Shown in pieces: positions 16,929 to 26,988 of a stretch of DNA of 40,804 nt. The position numbers and the translations under genes were made by a program. The DNA is from a virus. The notes under the pieces were generated by a model that saw nothing but the letters and a program-made list of their open reading frames with translations, made no database searches and was not told the origin of the DNA. The DNA is taken from UHGV virus genome UHGV-0164601; one strand, given 5' to 3'. Each line of letters starts with the position of its first letter. Positions within the stretch are counted from its first letter, which is position 1.

Positions 16929-17221
16929 CAGATTACGAAGACGATCAACTGAAAGAAGAAAACGCCCGTAAGCAACGTGACATGGCACAGCGTGAAATTG
17001 ATGACATTCGCTTTGTCATGAGCAGTGAACAGGGGCGTCGCGTTGTCTGGTCGGTGCTGGAGAAAGGCCGGGTGTTTTCCGCTATCTCTCCGATGGATGC
17101 TATGGCAATGGCATTTAATGAGGGGCAACGCAATCTGGCGCTGGAACTGTTTCAGCGCGTTATGGCGCATTGCCCTGAACAGTATTTGAAGATGGCCAAA
17201 GAGGCCAGTGAACAGGAGTGA
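16925..17221 (+). CDS. Hypothetical head-assembly protein (98 aa)
   Basis: ATGA-coupled to the portal stop; acidic protein. Confidence 0.5.
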   Translation: MTDYEDDQLKEENARKQRDMAQREIDDIRFVMSSEQGRRVVWSVLEKGRVFSAISPMDAMAMAFNEGQRNLALELFQRVMAHCPEQYLKMAKEASEQE

Positions 17222-17223
17222 TC

Positions 17224-17919
17224 ATGAGTTTATTTGAGCGTTTGCTGTATCGCCGTCTTTGCAATGAGCAACAAGTCGATGGTGGGGCAGCTCCGGCTGC
17301 GTCAGAACCGTCAGCGCATGCAGATGATAACCCTGCTCCAGTTGGTGATCCATCACAACAGGAAGGTGATAAGCCACAACCTGTTTCTGATGGCGATAAA
17401 CCTGCTGATGACAAAAAGCCTGAAAACGATAAGCAGGATGAAAAAAAGGGCGGCGATAAACCAGAGGGTGCGCCTGAGAAGTACGAGTTTCAGGCTGCCG
17501 AAGGCGTAGAGCTGGATACAGAAGCGTTGAAGGAATTCGAGCCGGTGGCGCGAGAACTAAACCTGACCAACGAGCAAGCGCAAAAGCTGGTTGATGCTTA
17601 TCCGAAGATTCTGGCAGGTGTTCAGCAGCGCCAGGCAGAAGCCTGGCAGAAAACAACCGAGCAGTGGGCTGCGGATGTAAAAGCTGACAAAGAAATCGGT
17701 GGCGACAAGTTGATTTCTAACCTTAGCGCCGCACAGCGTGCGCTTGACCAGTTCGGGACACCTGAACTCAAAGAATATCTGAACACCACCGGACTGGGTA
17801 ATCACCCTGACCTGGTCAAAACGTTCGTGAAAATCGGAAAGGCGATGTCTGAAGATGGCATGGTCACCGGTGGTAATGAAGGCCAGCGTAGTGCGGCCGA
17901 AGTGCTCTATGGCAAATAA
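17224..17919 (+). CDS. Scaffolding protein (putative)
   Basis: Highly acidic, Lys/Glu/Asp/Pro-rich low-complexity N-terminal half, located immediately upstream of the major capsid gene; start at ATG 17224 (AGGAG upstream). Confidence 0.6.
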   Translation: MSLFERLLYRRLCNEQQVDGGAAPAASEPSAHADDNPAPVGDPSQQEGDKPQPVSDGDKPADDKKPENDKQDEKKGGDKPEGAPEKYEFQAAEGVELDTEALKEFEPVARELNLTNEQAQKLVDAYPKILAGVQQRQAEAWQKTTEQWAADVKADKEIGGDKLISNLSAAQRALDQFGTPELKEYLNTTGLGNHPDLVKTFVKIGKAMSEDGMVTGGNEGQRSAAEVLYGK

Positions 17920-17933
17920 GAGAGGAAATGACA

Positions 17934-18920
17934 ATGGCTGTTAAAGGCTTAACTGCGCTAACGCTGGCTGACTGGGGTAAGCGCGTCGATCCAAACGGGA
18001 AAGTCGATAAGATTATCGAGCTTCTCGGTCAAACTAACCCGATCCTTCAGGATATGCCTTTTGTCGAAGGGAACCTTCCTACCGGACACCGAACCACCAT
18101 TCGTTCTGGTTTACCTTCAGCTACCTGGCGTTTGCTGAACTATGGCGTACAGCCAAGCAAATCAACCACAGTGCAGGTAACCGATTCCGTTGGCATGCTG
18201 GAAACCTATGCTGAAGTCGATAAGTCACTGGCTGATCTGAACGGCAATACCGCCGAATTCCGCCTGTCTGAAGACCGCGCATTTATTGAAGCGATGAATC
18301 AGCAGATGGCGCAGACGCTGTTTTATGGTGATTCCAGCGTTAACCCTCAGCAGTTTATGGGACTGTCCTCCCGCTATTCCAGCCTGTCTGCAGGTAATGC
18401 TCAGAACATCATTGATGCTGGTGGCACGGGCACAGATAACACCTCAATCTGGTTAGTGGTGTGGGGCGAAAACACCGTGCATGGCATCTTCCCGAAAGGG
18501 CAGAAGGCTGGCATTCAGATGGAAGATAAAGGCCAGGTGACACTGGAAGATGCTAATGGCGGCAAGTACGAAGGCTACCGTACCCATTACAAATGGGACA
18601 ACGGACTTGCTCTGCGTGACTGGCGTTATGTTGTTCGCATTGCAAACATCGATGTCAGCAATCTTTCAGAACCTTCCTCTGCCGCAAATATTGCGAAGTT
18701 GATGGTTAAAGCACTGCATCGCATTCCAAACCGTGGCATGGGTCGCCCGGTGTTCTACATGAACCGCACTGTAGGCCAGGCTCTTGATCTGCAGTCTCTG
18801 GAGAAAACATCTCTGGCGATTAGCGTAAAAGAGACTGAAGGCGAGTGGTGGACGTCATTCCGTGGTGTACCAATCCGTGAAACTGATGCGCTTCTGGAAA
18901 CAGAAGCCCGCGTGGTGTAA
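17934..18920 (+). CDS. Major capsid protein (putative)
   Basis: About 36-kDa protein directly after the scaffold gene in a T7-like gene order; start at ATG 17934 (GAGGA 7 nt upstream). Confidence 0.6.
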   Translation: MAVKGLTALTLADWGKRVDPNGKVDKIIELLGQTNPILQDMPFVEGNLPTGHRTTIRSGLPSATWRLLNYGVQPSKSTTVQVTDSVGMLETYAEVDKSLADLNGNTAEFRLSEDRAFIEAMNQQMAQTLFYGDSSVNPQQFMGLSSRYSSLSAGNAQNIIDAGGTGTDNTSIWLVVWGENTVHGIFPKGQKAGIQMEDKGQVTLEDANGGKYEGYRTHYKWDNGLALRDWRYVVRIANIDVSNLSEPSSAANIAKLMVKALHRIPNRGMGRPVFYMNRTVGQALDLQSLEKTSLAISVKETEGEWWTSFRGVPIRETDALLETEARVV

Positions 18921-18971
18921 CGCCTGTTATTAACCTGTGGGTCGTAACAGACCCACTAATGGAGAAAGAAG

Positions 18972-19409
18972 ATGATCACCGACAAACTGTTGATGTTCTC
19001 CGAAGCTCAGGCGGTTACGAATACCGCGGCTTCTACTGACGTAATCGATCTCGGTCCAATTGATGGAAACCGTCGCGATATCGGTGTGGGTTACCCGCTT
19101 GAGTTTTGGGTGCTGGTTAACGAAGCCGCCACGGCAAGTGGTGAGGCAACTGTAAACATCCAGTTGCAGACGAGTGAGAATAACAGCTCTTGGACCACTA
19201 TTTATGATAGTGGTGCGTTGGCAAAGGCCACCCTGACAGCAGGTAAGCGAGTTGTTTCTGCAAAGGTGCCAGCCGGTGTTCAGCGATATCTGCGTGTTAA
19301 CTACTCCGTCGCAACTGGCCCACTAACGGCCGGCAAATTCACTGCGGGTATCAGTCTGGATGTTGATGCCAATACGCCGTACCCGATCCGCTCAAAAGTA
19401 ACTGGTTAA
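18972..19409 (+). CDS. Hypothetical virion protein (145 aa; possible capsid decoration/accessory)
   Basis: Position directly after the capsid gene; Thr/Ala/Val-rich. Confidence 0.45.
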   Translation: MITDKLLMFSEAQAVTNTAASTDVIDLGPIDGNRRDIGVGYPLEFWVLVNEAATASGEATVNIQLQTSENNSSWTTIYDSGALAKATLTAGKRVVSAKVPAGVQRYLRVNYSVATGPLTAGKFTAGISLDVDANTPYPIRSKVTG

Positions 19410-19419
19410 GGTGATATCG

Positions 19420-19755
19420 ATGTCAGGTGAGAAACCAAGATACCGCGTTCTGCGCCTCTCTCATATCCATAACACACTGTGGCCGGAGGGGGCAGAAATC
19501 GAATACGAAGGTGAGCCTGGTAGCGCACTGGAACCTGTTAACGATGCAGCCAGACAGGCAAAAGCAAAGGTAGCAGGAAAGGTGTCTATGGCAGCAACCA
19601 GCACCAAAATCATCAACGATGTGTCAGATGATGGTGAACTGGATAAGCTCCGTGAAGAGTACGAATTGCTCTTTAACGAGAAGCCACACCATAACGCTAA
19701 AGCCGAAACGCTCCGAGAGAAGATCGCAGATAAGCGTAAAGAACTGGGCGTGTAA
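19420..19755 (+). CDS. Hypothetical protein (111 aa)
   Basis: AAGGTGA before ATG 19420; followed by a strong terminator. Confidence 0.45.
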   Translation: MSGEKPRYRVLRLSHIHNTLWPEGAEIEYEGEPGSALEPVNDAARQAKAKVAGKVSMAATSTKIINDVSDDGELDKLREEYELLFNEKPHHNAKAETLREKIADKRKELGV

Positions 19756-19771
19756 GCCTCGCGAATCCGAC

Positions 19772-19793
19772 AAGGGGCTTCGGCCCCTTTATT
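19772..19793 (+). terminator. Rho-independent terminator after the capsid gene block
   Basis: AAGGGGC-TTCG-GCCCCTT hairpin followed by TATT; the next gene's AGGAG Shine-Dalgarno begins 2 nt later. Confidence 0.6.
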
Positions 19794-19805
19794 GCAGGAG
19801 TGTAT

Positions 19806-20129
19806 ATGGAACTCGTAAACCTCAAAACCGGCACTGACAGCTACCAGGATGAGAGCGGAGAAACCAGAACTCGCGATGAATACCCGTGGGAGCTGTGCAT
19901 CACTCTTAATAACGACACATTGAATAAGCTGAAGGCGCAACCTCAGGGCGTCGGAACAGAAGTGATGATAACTGCAAAGGCTGTTATTCGAGGCCTGTCT
20001 GCCAGAGAAACTGACGATGGTGTTAATCGCAGCGCCGATCTGCAGATCACTGATATGGCGATCGCTCCTGTTTCCAGGGATGTAGAAAAATCAGCGGCTG
20101 AAACTCTGTACGGTAACGGAGGTGAGTGA
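19806..20129 (+). CDS. Hypothetical virion/assembly protein (107 aa)
   Basis: AGGAG 6 nt before ATG 19806. Confidence 0.5.
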   Translation: MELVNLKTGTDSYQDESGETRTRDEYPWELCITLNNDTLNKLKAQPQGVGTEVMITAKAVIRGLSARETDDGVNRSADLQITDMAIAPVSRDVEKSAAETLYGNGGE

Positions 20130-20734
20130 TGGCCTCTGTAGTAGAGATCTGTAATCGTGCGCTGTCCAATATTGGCAACAGCCGCAGTATTAACAGCCTG
20201 ACGGAAGCCAGCAAGGAAGCGGGGGAATGTTCGCTGCACTTTGAGGCCTGCCGTGATGCTGTTCTTTCTGATTTTGACTGGAACTTTGCTACCAAACGCG
20301 TGGCGCTTGCAGATACGAGCAATCCACCGCCTGACTGGGAATATGCGTACCAGTACCCGTCCGATTGTCTGCGCATTACTGAAATTATGCTTCCTGGTGT
20401 ACGCAATCCAACAGCAGCAATGCGCGTTCAGTACGAAGTTGGTGCAGACACCAACGGAACAGGAAAGTTGATCTACACAGACCAGCCGCAGGCATGGCTC
20501 AAGTATGTCTCTCGCGTTTCAGATGTGAACATGTTTGATGCCATTTTTATGGAGGCGTTGGCCTGGCGTCTTGCGGCAGCTATTAACATGGCGCTCACTG
20601 GGAATGCAGACCTCGGTACGTTTGCCCTCAATATGTACAATCGCGTGATTCTTAGTGCTGGCTCGCATAGCCAGAATGAATCACAGGAACCACAGCCACC
20701 GGTTGACGAGTTTACCATTGCGAGGTTGTCCTGA
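20129..20734 (+). CDS. Tail tubular protein A-like (T7 gp11 analogue), putative
   Basis: About 200 aa, precedes a large tail-tube B-like gene; GGAGGTGA before ATG 20129. Confidence 0.5.
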   Translation: MASVVEICNRALSNIGNSRSINSLTEASKEAGECSLHFEACRDAVLSDFDWNFATKRVALADTSNPPPDWEYAYQYPSDCLRITEIMLPGVRNPTAAMRVQYEVGADTNGTGKLIYTDQPQAWLKYVSRVSDVNMFDAIFMEALAWRLAAAINMALTGNADLGTFALNMYNRVILSAGSHSQNESQEPQPPVDEFTIARLS

Positions 20735-23199
20735 TGGCTATCAGTTGGATCCAGCCCAGCTTTGCCGGTGGTGAGATTGGACCGTCGTTGTACGGTCGTA
20801 TCGACATGGCGAAGTACCAGGTGGCATTGCGCAAGTGCGATAACTTTATCGTGCGGCAGTATGGCGGCGTTGAGAATCGACCTGGTACGCGTTTTGTCGG
20901 TGCCGCCAAATACCCAAATCGGAAATGCCGCCTGATCCCGTTCCAGTTCTCGACGGTTCAGACTTATGCTCTGGAGTTCGGACACCAGTACATGCGCGTT
21001 ATCAAAGATGGTGCGTTGGTGCTGAACAGCAGCAATGTTATTTATGAAATTGCCACGCCATATACTGAAGCCGATCTGTTCCGAATTAAATTCACGCAAA
21101 GCGCAGACGTGCTTACGCTGGTTCATCCGGCATACCCGCCGAAAGAGTTGCGCCGCTATGCGCATGACAACTGGCAACTGGTTGATGTGGTAACGAAGAA
21201 CGGGCCATTTGAAGATATCAATATTGACGAGTCAGTGACGGTTTATGCCAGCGCCAGCACCGGGACAATTACGTTAACGGCAAGCGCCTCAATTTTTGGC
21301 GCGGAGCAGGTAGGCAAATTGTTCTATCTGGAACAGCCTGCAGTGGATTCTGTGCCGGTATGGGAAACCAGTAAGAGTACGTCGATTGGCGATATTCGCC
21401 GTGCAGACAGTAACTACTATCGCGCCGTTACAGCAGGCAAAACAGGCACTTTGCGCCCTTCGCATACAGAAGGCACATCATGGGATGGCTGGGGCGGATC
21501 CGGTGATGATGATACCGGCATTGAGTGGGAGTATCTGCACAGTGGTTTTGGCATTGCCCGTATCTCTGCTGCAAATGGAACTACTGCAACTGCCGAGGTG
21601 ATTTCCTATATCCCTTCGCAGGTAGTTGGCGAGGATAATGCCAGCTATAAATGGGCTAAATATGCCTGGAACAGTATTAACGGTTATCCTGGCACTGTTG
21701 TTTATTATCAACAACGCCTTTACTTCGCCGCATCGACTGCGTTCCCTCAGACTATCTGGGCCAGCCGTACCGGGGATTATAAGGATTTTGGCAAAAGCAA
21801 TCCTACGCAGGATGACGACAGAATTATCTACACCTATGCCGGGCGTCAGGTTAATGAGATCCGTCACCTGATTGATGTTGGTTCGCTGGTGGCGCTGACT
21901 TCCGGAGGTGAGTACGTCATCACTGGCGACCAGAACAAAGTGCTTACCCCATCATCATTTGCATTCAGCTCTCAGGGATCAAATGGCTCGAGCAATGTCC
22001 CACCAATTGCCGTGGCGAATATTGCTCTGTTCGTCCAGGAGAAAGGCAGTGTTGTCCGTGATCTGGCCTACTCATTCGATGTTGACGGCTATCAGGGGAA
22101 CGACCTGACCATCCTTGCCAATCATCTTTTTCAGAAGCACAGCATTGTTGACTGGTGCTTCTCGATTGTCCCTTACTCCAGCGCCTTCTGCATTCGTGAT
22201 GACGGTAAATTACTGGTGATGACCTATTTGCGTGATCAGCAGGTTTTTGCATGGGCACCACAATCCAGTACCGGAAAATATGAAAGCACATGCAGTATCA
22301 GCGAAGGCAATGAAGATGCGGTGTATTTCGTCGTTAACCGAACCGTTAACGGGCAAACAGTGAGATACATAGAGCGACTGTCCAGCCGTTTATTTACCAG
22401 CGATGAAGATGCTTTCTTTGTTGATTCTGGCCTTAGCTATGATGGAAGAAATACGTCTGACAGAACGATGACCATCACTGGTGGTTCTGGTGAATGGGAT
22501 TACCGTGCGGAATATACAATCAGTGTTTCTGGTGGTGCGTACTTCACCAGTAGTGATGTCGGCGCGCAACTACAGTTCCCTTATACCGGAACTGATCCTG
22601 ATACTGAAGTGTCAAAAGAATTACGTTGCGACATTATTTCTGTAACCAGCAATACCGCTGTAGTGGTTCGTGCTAACAGGAACGTCCCGCCATCCCTCAG
22701 GAATGTGGCCACCACGAACTGGCAGATGGCGCGCCGGACATTTGGAGGCCTGTCTCATCTTGAAGGCCAGACCGTAAACATTCTCTCTGATGCGAACGTG
22801 GAACCACAGAAAGTGGTTTCCGGAGGTGCCGTCACGCTGGAATCACCTGGGGCTGTAGTGCACATCGGCCTGCCAATAACTGCTGAATTCGAAACACTGG
22901 ATATCAACATTAACGGACAGGAAACGCTGCTGGACAAAAAACAGGTGATCCCGTCCGTTACTCTGGTTGTGAATGCCAGTCGTGGCATCTGGGCGACTAC
23001 GCCCGGCGGTAAATGGTACGAATATCCACAGCGTGAATTCGAGTTCTACGATGATCCTGTTGATGACGCTACCGGAAAAGTAGAAGTGAAACTGGACAGT
23101 AACTGGGGCAAAAACGGACGTGTAAGAATCCGTCAGCTTGACCCGTTGCCGCTGTCTGTTCTTGCCGTTATTCCTCGTCTTACTGTTGGGGGATTCTGA
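20734..23199 (+). CDS. Tail tubular protein B-like (T7 gp12 analogue), putative
   Basis: 821-aa protein following the gp11-like gene with 1-nt stop/start overlap; Gly/Ser/Thr-rich beta-rich composition. Confidence 0.5.
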   Translation: MAISWIQPSFAGGEIGPSLYGRIDMAKYQVALRKCDNFIVRQYGGVENRPGTRFVGAAKYPNRKCRLIPFQFSTVQTYALEFGHQYMRVIKDGALVLNSSNVIYEIATPYTEADLFRIKFTQSADVLTLVHPAYPPKELRRYAHDNWQLVDVVTKNGPFEDINIDESVTVYASASTGTITLTASASIFGAEQVGKLFYLEQPAVDSVPVWETSKSTSIGDIRRADSNYYRAVTAGKTGTLRPSHTEGTSWDGWGGSGDDDTGIEWEYLHSGFGIARISAANGTTATAEVISYIPSQVVGEDNASYKWAKYAWNSINGYPGTVVYYQQRLYFAASTAFPQTIWASRTGDYKDFGKSNPTQDDDRIIYTYAGRQVNEIRHLIDVGSLVALTSGGEYVITGDQNKVLTPSSFAFSSQGSNGSSNVPPIAVANIALFVQEKGSVVRDLAYSFDVDGYQGNDLTILANHLFQKHSIVDWCFSIVPYSSAFCIRDDGKLLVMTYLRDQQVFAWAPQSSTGKYESTCSISEGNEDAVYFVVNRTVNGQTVRYIERLSSRLFTSDEDAFFVDSGLSYDGRNTSDRTMTITGGSGEWDYRAEYTISVSGGAYFTSSDVGAQLQFPYTGTDPDTEVSKELRCDIISVTSNTAVVVRANRNVPPSLRNVATTNWQMARRTFGGLSHLEGQTVNILSDANVEPQKVVSGGAVTLESPGAVVHIGLPITAEFETLDININGQETLLDKKQVIPSVTLVVNASRGIWATTPGGKWYEYPQREFEFYDDPVDDATGKVEVKLDSNWGKNGRVRIRQLDPLPLSVLAVIPRLTVGGF

Positions 23200-23663
23200 T
23201 GATCGATGTTCGAATTATTCCCGCCACCGAAGAGCATCTTCAGATGATTTTGCCGGATGTTCGTCAGGCTGATATTGACGAACTGTATGCGGTATCGCTG
23301 ATGACTACCGAAGATGCGCTGCGTGTTGGTCTTCGCACTGCGACTATGGCCTGGTCAGGGTTCGCGAACGGAGAACTGGTAACCATGTTTGGTGTATCTC
23401 CGGCGTCAATGATCGGTGGCAATGGTACACCCTGGCTGGTCGGAACCAGCCGTATTGAAAAATATCAGAAGACATTTCTTCGCCACTGCCGACCTGTATT
23501 GCAGCAGATGCTGGCAGTTTATCCGCGCCTGGAAAACTACGTCGACGAGCGAAACCATGTTGCCAAAGCATGGCTGCACTGGCTTGGATTCAGGCTTGAA
23601 GAAGCCGCGCCTTATGGTGCTCTTGGTCTTAATTTCCACAGATTTCACATGGAGAGAAAATAA
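23199..23663 (+). CDS. Hypothetical virion protein (154 aa)
   Basis: ATGA-coupled between the tail-tube B-like and internal core genes. Confidence 0.45.
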   Translation: MIDVRIIPATEEHLQMILPDVRQADIDELYAVSLMTTEDALRVGLRTATMAWSGFANGELVTMFGVSPASMIGGNGTPWLVGTSRIEKYQKTFLRHCRPVLQQMLAVYPRLENYVDERNHVAKAWLHWLGFRLEEAAPYGALGLNFHRFHMERK

Positions 23664-24241
23664 TGTGTAACCCAGCCATCGCTTTGGTTGCCGTCACAGT
23701 GGCATCCACAGCAGCGTCAATGTACAGCCAGAGCAAGCAGGCAAAATACCAGTCAGCCGTAGCTGATCGGAATGCTGAAATTGCTGAAGCTCAGGCACAG
23801 GATTCAATCAATCGTGGGAATATTGAAGCGGATCAGCGTCGTCGTGAAATGCGTCAACGCTCAGGCACTGCGGCGGCCACTATGGGGGCTACCGGTGCGG
23901 AATTAAGTAGCGGAACAGCTCTTGACGTTTTTGCGGATAATGCTCAGTTCGGCACTCTTGATGCGTTAACGACAGTGAATAATGCTCAGCGTGAGGCATA
24001 TGGGTATCAGGTTCAGGGAATGAATGCTCAGGCACAGGGGGCTGCTGCTCAGTCGGCTGCTAAATCATCGATGACCAGCACTTTGTTAACGGCACCACTA
24101 AAAGCATACGGTGCGTACCAGATGTTTGGTGGGACGTGGAGTCCGTTCTCTAAAGGAAGTACATCTAGTGGTGGGACGCCAATGTTATCTAACTCAGGTT
24201 TTATGAATTCTGACTCCAGATTCAAAATAGGAGGTTACTGA
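23663..24241 (+). CDS. Internal virion protein A-like (T7 gp14 analogue)
   Basis: 192 aa beginning MCNPAIALVAVTVASTAAS with an Ala/Gln-rich body, like the N-terminus of T7 gp14; first of three consecutive core genes. Confidence 0.6.
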   Translation: MCNPAIALVAVTVASTAASMYSQSKQAKYQSAVADRNAEIAEAQAQDSINRGNIEADQRRREMRQRSGTAAATMGATGAELSSGTALDVFADNAQFGTLDALTTVNNAQREAYGYQVQGMNAQAQGAAAQSAAKSSMTSTLLTAPLKAYGAYQMFGGTWSPFSKGSTSSGGTPMLSNSGFMNSDSRFKIGGY

Positions 24242-26988
24242 TGCCTGTTGTTCCTACTACATCCGGACGCCAGGTGCAAAGTCGTGGTGTGCAAACCGGT
24301 GGTTTTCAGACCTTCGATGTTCCTCAAGCAGGTCAGGTGCTGGCGAATGTCGCAGATCAGTATGCGGTGGCATATGGTGAAGCTAGGCAGAAAGCGAATG
24401 TTGCTATGGCCCAGGAGGCGTTACTGCAATTTAACCAATTTGCAGATGACCAGATTAACAACCCTGAAAATGGGCTGATTTCTAAACAGGGTAAAAACGC
24501 TCTTGGTCAGAGTGACGCTGTTATGAAAAATATGCAGGAAAGGGCTCAGGCATTATTAGGCTCAATTCCTGAAAGTGAGGAAAGGAATAAATTATCCTTT
24601 CAACTCCAGCAGTCTATGCAGTCTTATTACAATCAGGCACGTCGATATGAAGTTGGGCAGTTTCAGCAATTCCAAGATCAAACGTATTTGTCAGGAAATG
24701 CATTGGCTGTCACTCAGTCTGCGGGGCTATATAGCGATAACCAAGCATTTGTCGATTTAGCCAAGCAGCGATTTGAATCTATTGATCAATACGCTGATGC
24801 GCATGGGCTTCCTGATGAGTGGCGTGTTCAGCAGAAAACTCAGCTCAAGGAACAAATGGGGCAGCAAGCATGGATAGGAAATATCGCTCAAAAATACAAC
24901 GAGTTTCTTCAGGTTAATGGAGAGCCAGGGGATCTTGATGGTGTGAGTCGTGCAATATCACATGGTAATTCATTGGATGCTCGTGGTTTACGTAATAATA
25001 ACCCTGGCAATATTGAAGCGAGCAAATCTAACCCGTGGGAAGGTCAGATCGGTAGCGATGGACGTTTTGCAACGTTTGCTACCCCTGAGCATGGAATCCG
25101 CGCGTTGGGTAAAAATATGTTGTCTTACCAGCGTCAAGGCTATGACACCGTTAGCGAGATTGTTAATCGCTATGCTCCGGCTAGTGATGGTAATAATACT
25201 GATGCTTATATTAGGGCATTGTGTAGTGAGCTTGGTGTTGGGGAGAATGATCAGCTTGATATCTCTAACCCAAAGACACTAGCTGCTTTATGTGCTGGGA
25301 TTATTAAACACGAAAATGGCAGTATGCCTTATAGCACCGAACAGCTTGAAACTGGTATCTCGGCAGCCCTTGGTCTAACTAACCTTGATTCACCTAAGCG
25401 TTATACGGGCAATGCGGCATTTGACGCTATGAGCCCTCAAATGCAAATACAGGCATTGAGGCAGGCTAATGAGCTGAGAAATCAGTACCGCCAGCAGTAT
25501 GCGGACCAGCTTAGCACCGTAGTTAAAGATGCATATTCAGCCCTTGATGAAGGATTGAAACCTGAGAAGTTACCTTCTGAGGACGATTTTATCCGGGCCA
25601 ATGGTCCGCGCATTGGCGCTATGAAGTGGAAGGATATGCAGGCGCAGATACAATATGGAGGTGTCATTGGTGCCGCTAAAGACCTCACTCCAGAAGGACG
25701 ACAAGACATTCTTGAACGTTTACGTCCACAGGATCCAAACGCTCTTGGATTTGCAGCTAACCAGCAACGCTGGGAGAAAATGCAGGCCAAATTTAAAGAG
25801 ATGGATAGGGAGTGGGAGATTCAGCAGGGAAGAAACAGGTTCGTGTCTTCAATGCAAAATAACTTCCCGCTGGACCCTAACGACAAAAACAATCAGGCAG
25901 CGGTAGACCGTTATTTCGCGCAGGATATCGCGCCTTCGTTTTCCATATCTGATCCGCAGAGCATCAATACACTGGTCACCGTCACAACTAAAAGCGGCAT
26001 GATACCAACTCAGGTTAAAACAATGCTTAACAGTGGAGCAACATCAAGAGATCCTGCGCTGGTTGTCCCGATGGCAAAATTCTACGGTCAGTTATTCGAT
26101 AATAATCCGGCGGCAGCGGCAACACTTGATAAAAGTACGATGGCATTTTACGGCAAGGTTTACGATTATTCCCGCGCTGGCGTGCCGGAGGATAAGGCTG
26201 TTGATATGGCTTACAGCCAGGTGTTCCAACAGGATGACCGAATGAAACAGATGCTTTCCACTGCCATGCGAGACAAAAAATATGTCGCGGCGAGGGCAAC
26301 TGCTGCACAAAATAACGCCAGCAGTCTGACTTCCTTTGGTTCGTGGTCTCCGGATATTACCGATCCAGGAAAATCAAATGCGGCCTATCAGCGAGATTAC
26401 CAGACAATTTACGATGCTAACTTTGTACAGACAGGTGGCGATGCAGAACAGGCTGAGAAAATGACCAATGCCATGATCAGAACCACCTGGGGAGTTTCTA
26501 CAGTTAATGGCAAAGCAGAGGTTATGAAGTATGCACCTGAGGCATTGTACGGAGTAAATAATGGTGCTGGTAACTGGATACAGGGGCAGTGGGAGCAGGA
26601 AAAACGCGAGCTTAAATCAAAATCCTTTGGCGGTCCTCGCAGTGATACGGACTTAATACTTGTTTCTGATGGCCTTACGGCAAGGGATAGGAGTTATGCT
26701 GTTATGGTTTTACAGCCTGACGCAAACGGAGCGATAGAACCGAGAAATTATATTGGAGAAAATGGTCTCCCTGTTCGTTTCAAGCCGGATCAGCTGACAT
26801 CTCCAATGTACAGGCAAACCATTCAGTTCCAGCAACAGCGTGTTGATGAGGCTAGAGTGCGGAGAGAAGGCAATCCGCTGCCGCAGTTCAGCAATAAAGA
26901 TGGATATACTCCTCCAGATCTGACCAAACCATTCGGTTATGGTTCAGCCAATTACCTTCCGAGCAATATATACGCAGGGGGCAAATAA
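24241..26988 (+). CDS. Internal virion (core/ejection) protein B-like, 915 aa
   Basis: Second large core gene, translationally coupled; contains a conserved-looking central module NNPGNIEASKSNPWEGQIGSDGRFATFATPEHGIRALGKNML of unknown function. Confidence 0.5.
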   Translation: MPVVPTTSGRQVQSRGVQTGGFQTFDVPQAGQVLANVADQYAVAYGEARQKANVAMAQEALLQFNQFADDQINNPENGLISKQGKNALGQSDAVMKNMQERAQALLGSIPESEERNKLSFQLQQSMQSYYNQARRYEVGQFQQFQDQTYLSGNALAVTQSAGLYSDNQAFVDLAKQRFESIDQYADAHGLPDEWRVQQKTQLKEQMGQQAWIGNIAQKYNEFLQVNGEPGDLDGVSRAISHGNSLDARGLRNNNPGNIEASKSNPWEGQIGSDGRFATFATPEHGIRALGKNMLSYQRQGYDTVSEIVNRYAPASDGNNTDAYIRALCSELGVGENDQLDISNPKTLAALCAGIIKHENGSMPYSTEQLETGISAALGLTNLDSPKRYTGNAAFDAMSPQMQIQALRQANELRNQYRQQYADQLSTVVKDAYSALDEGLKPEKLPSEDDFIRANGPRIGAMKWKDMQAQIQYGGVIGAAKDLTPEGRQDILERLRPQDPNALGFAANQQRWEKMQAKFKEMDREWEIQQGRNRFVSSMQNNFPLDPNDKNNQAAVDRYFAQDIAPSFSISDPQSINTLVTVTTKSGMIPTQVKTMLNSGATSRDPALVVPMAKFYGQLFDNNPAAAATLDKSTMAFYGKVYDYSRAGVPEDKAVDMAYSQVFQQDDRMKQMLSTAMRDKKYVAARATAAQNNASSLTSFGSWSPDITDPGKSNAAYQRDYQTIYDANFVQTGGDAEQAEKMTNAMIRTTWGVSTVNGKAEVMKYAPEALYGVNNGAGNWIQGQWEQEKRELKSKSFGGPRSDTDLILVSDGLTARDRSYAVMVLQPDANGAIEPRNYIGENGLPVRFKPDQLTSPMYRQTIQFQQQRVDEARVRREGNPLPQFSNKDGYTPPDLTKPFGYGSANYLPSNIYAGGK

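Noticed and set aside
20473-21177. 234-aa minus-strand ORF spanning the tail-tube A/B genes
   Set aside because: Antisense to coupled structural genes; shadow ORF.
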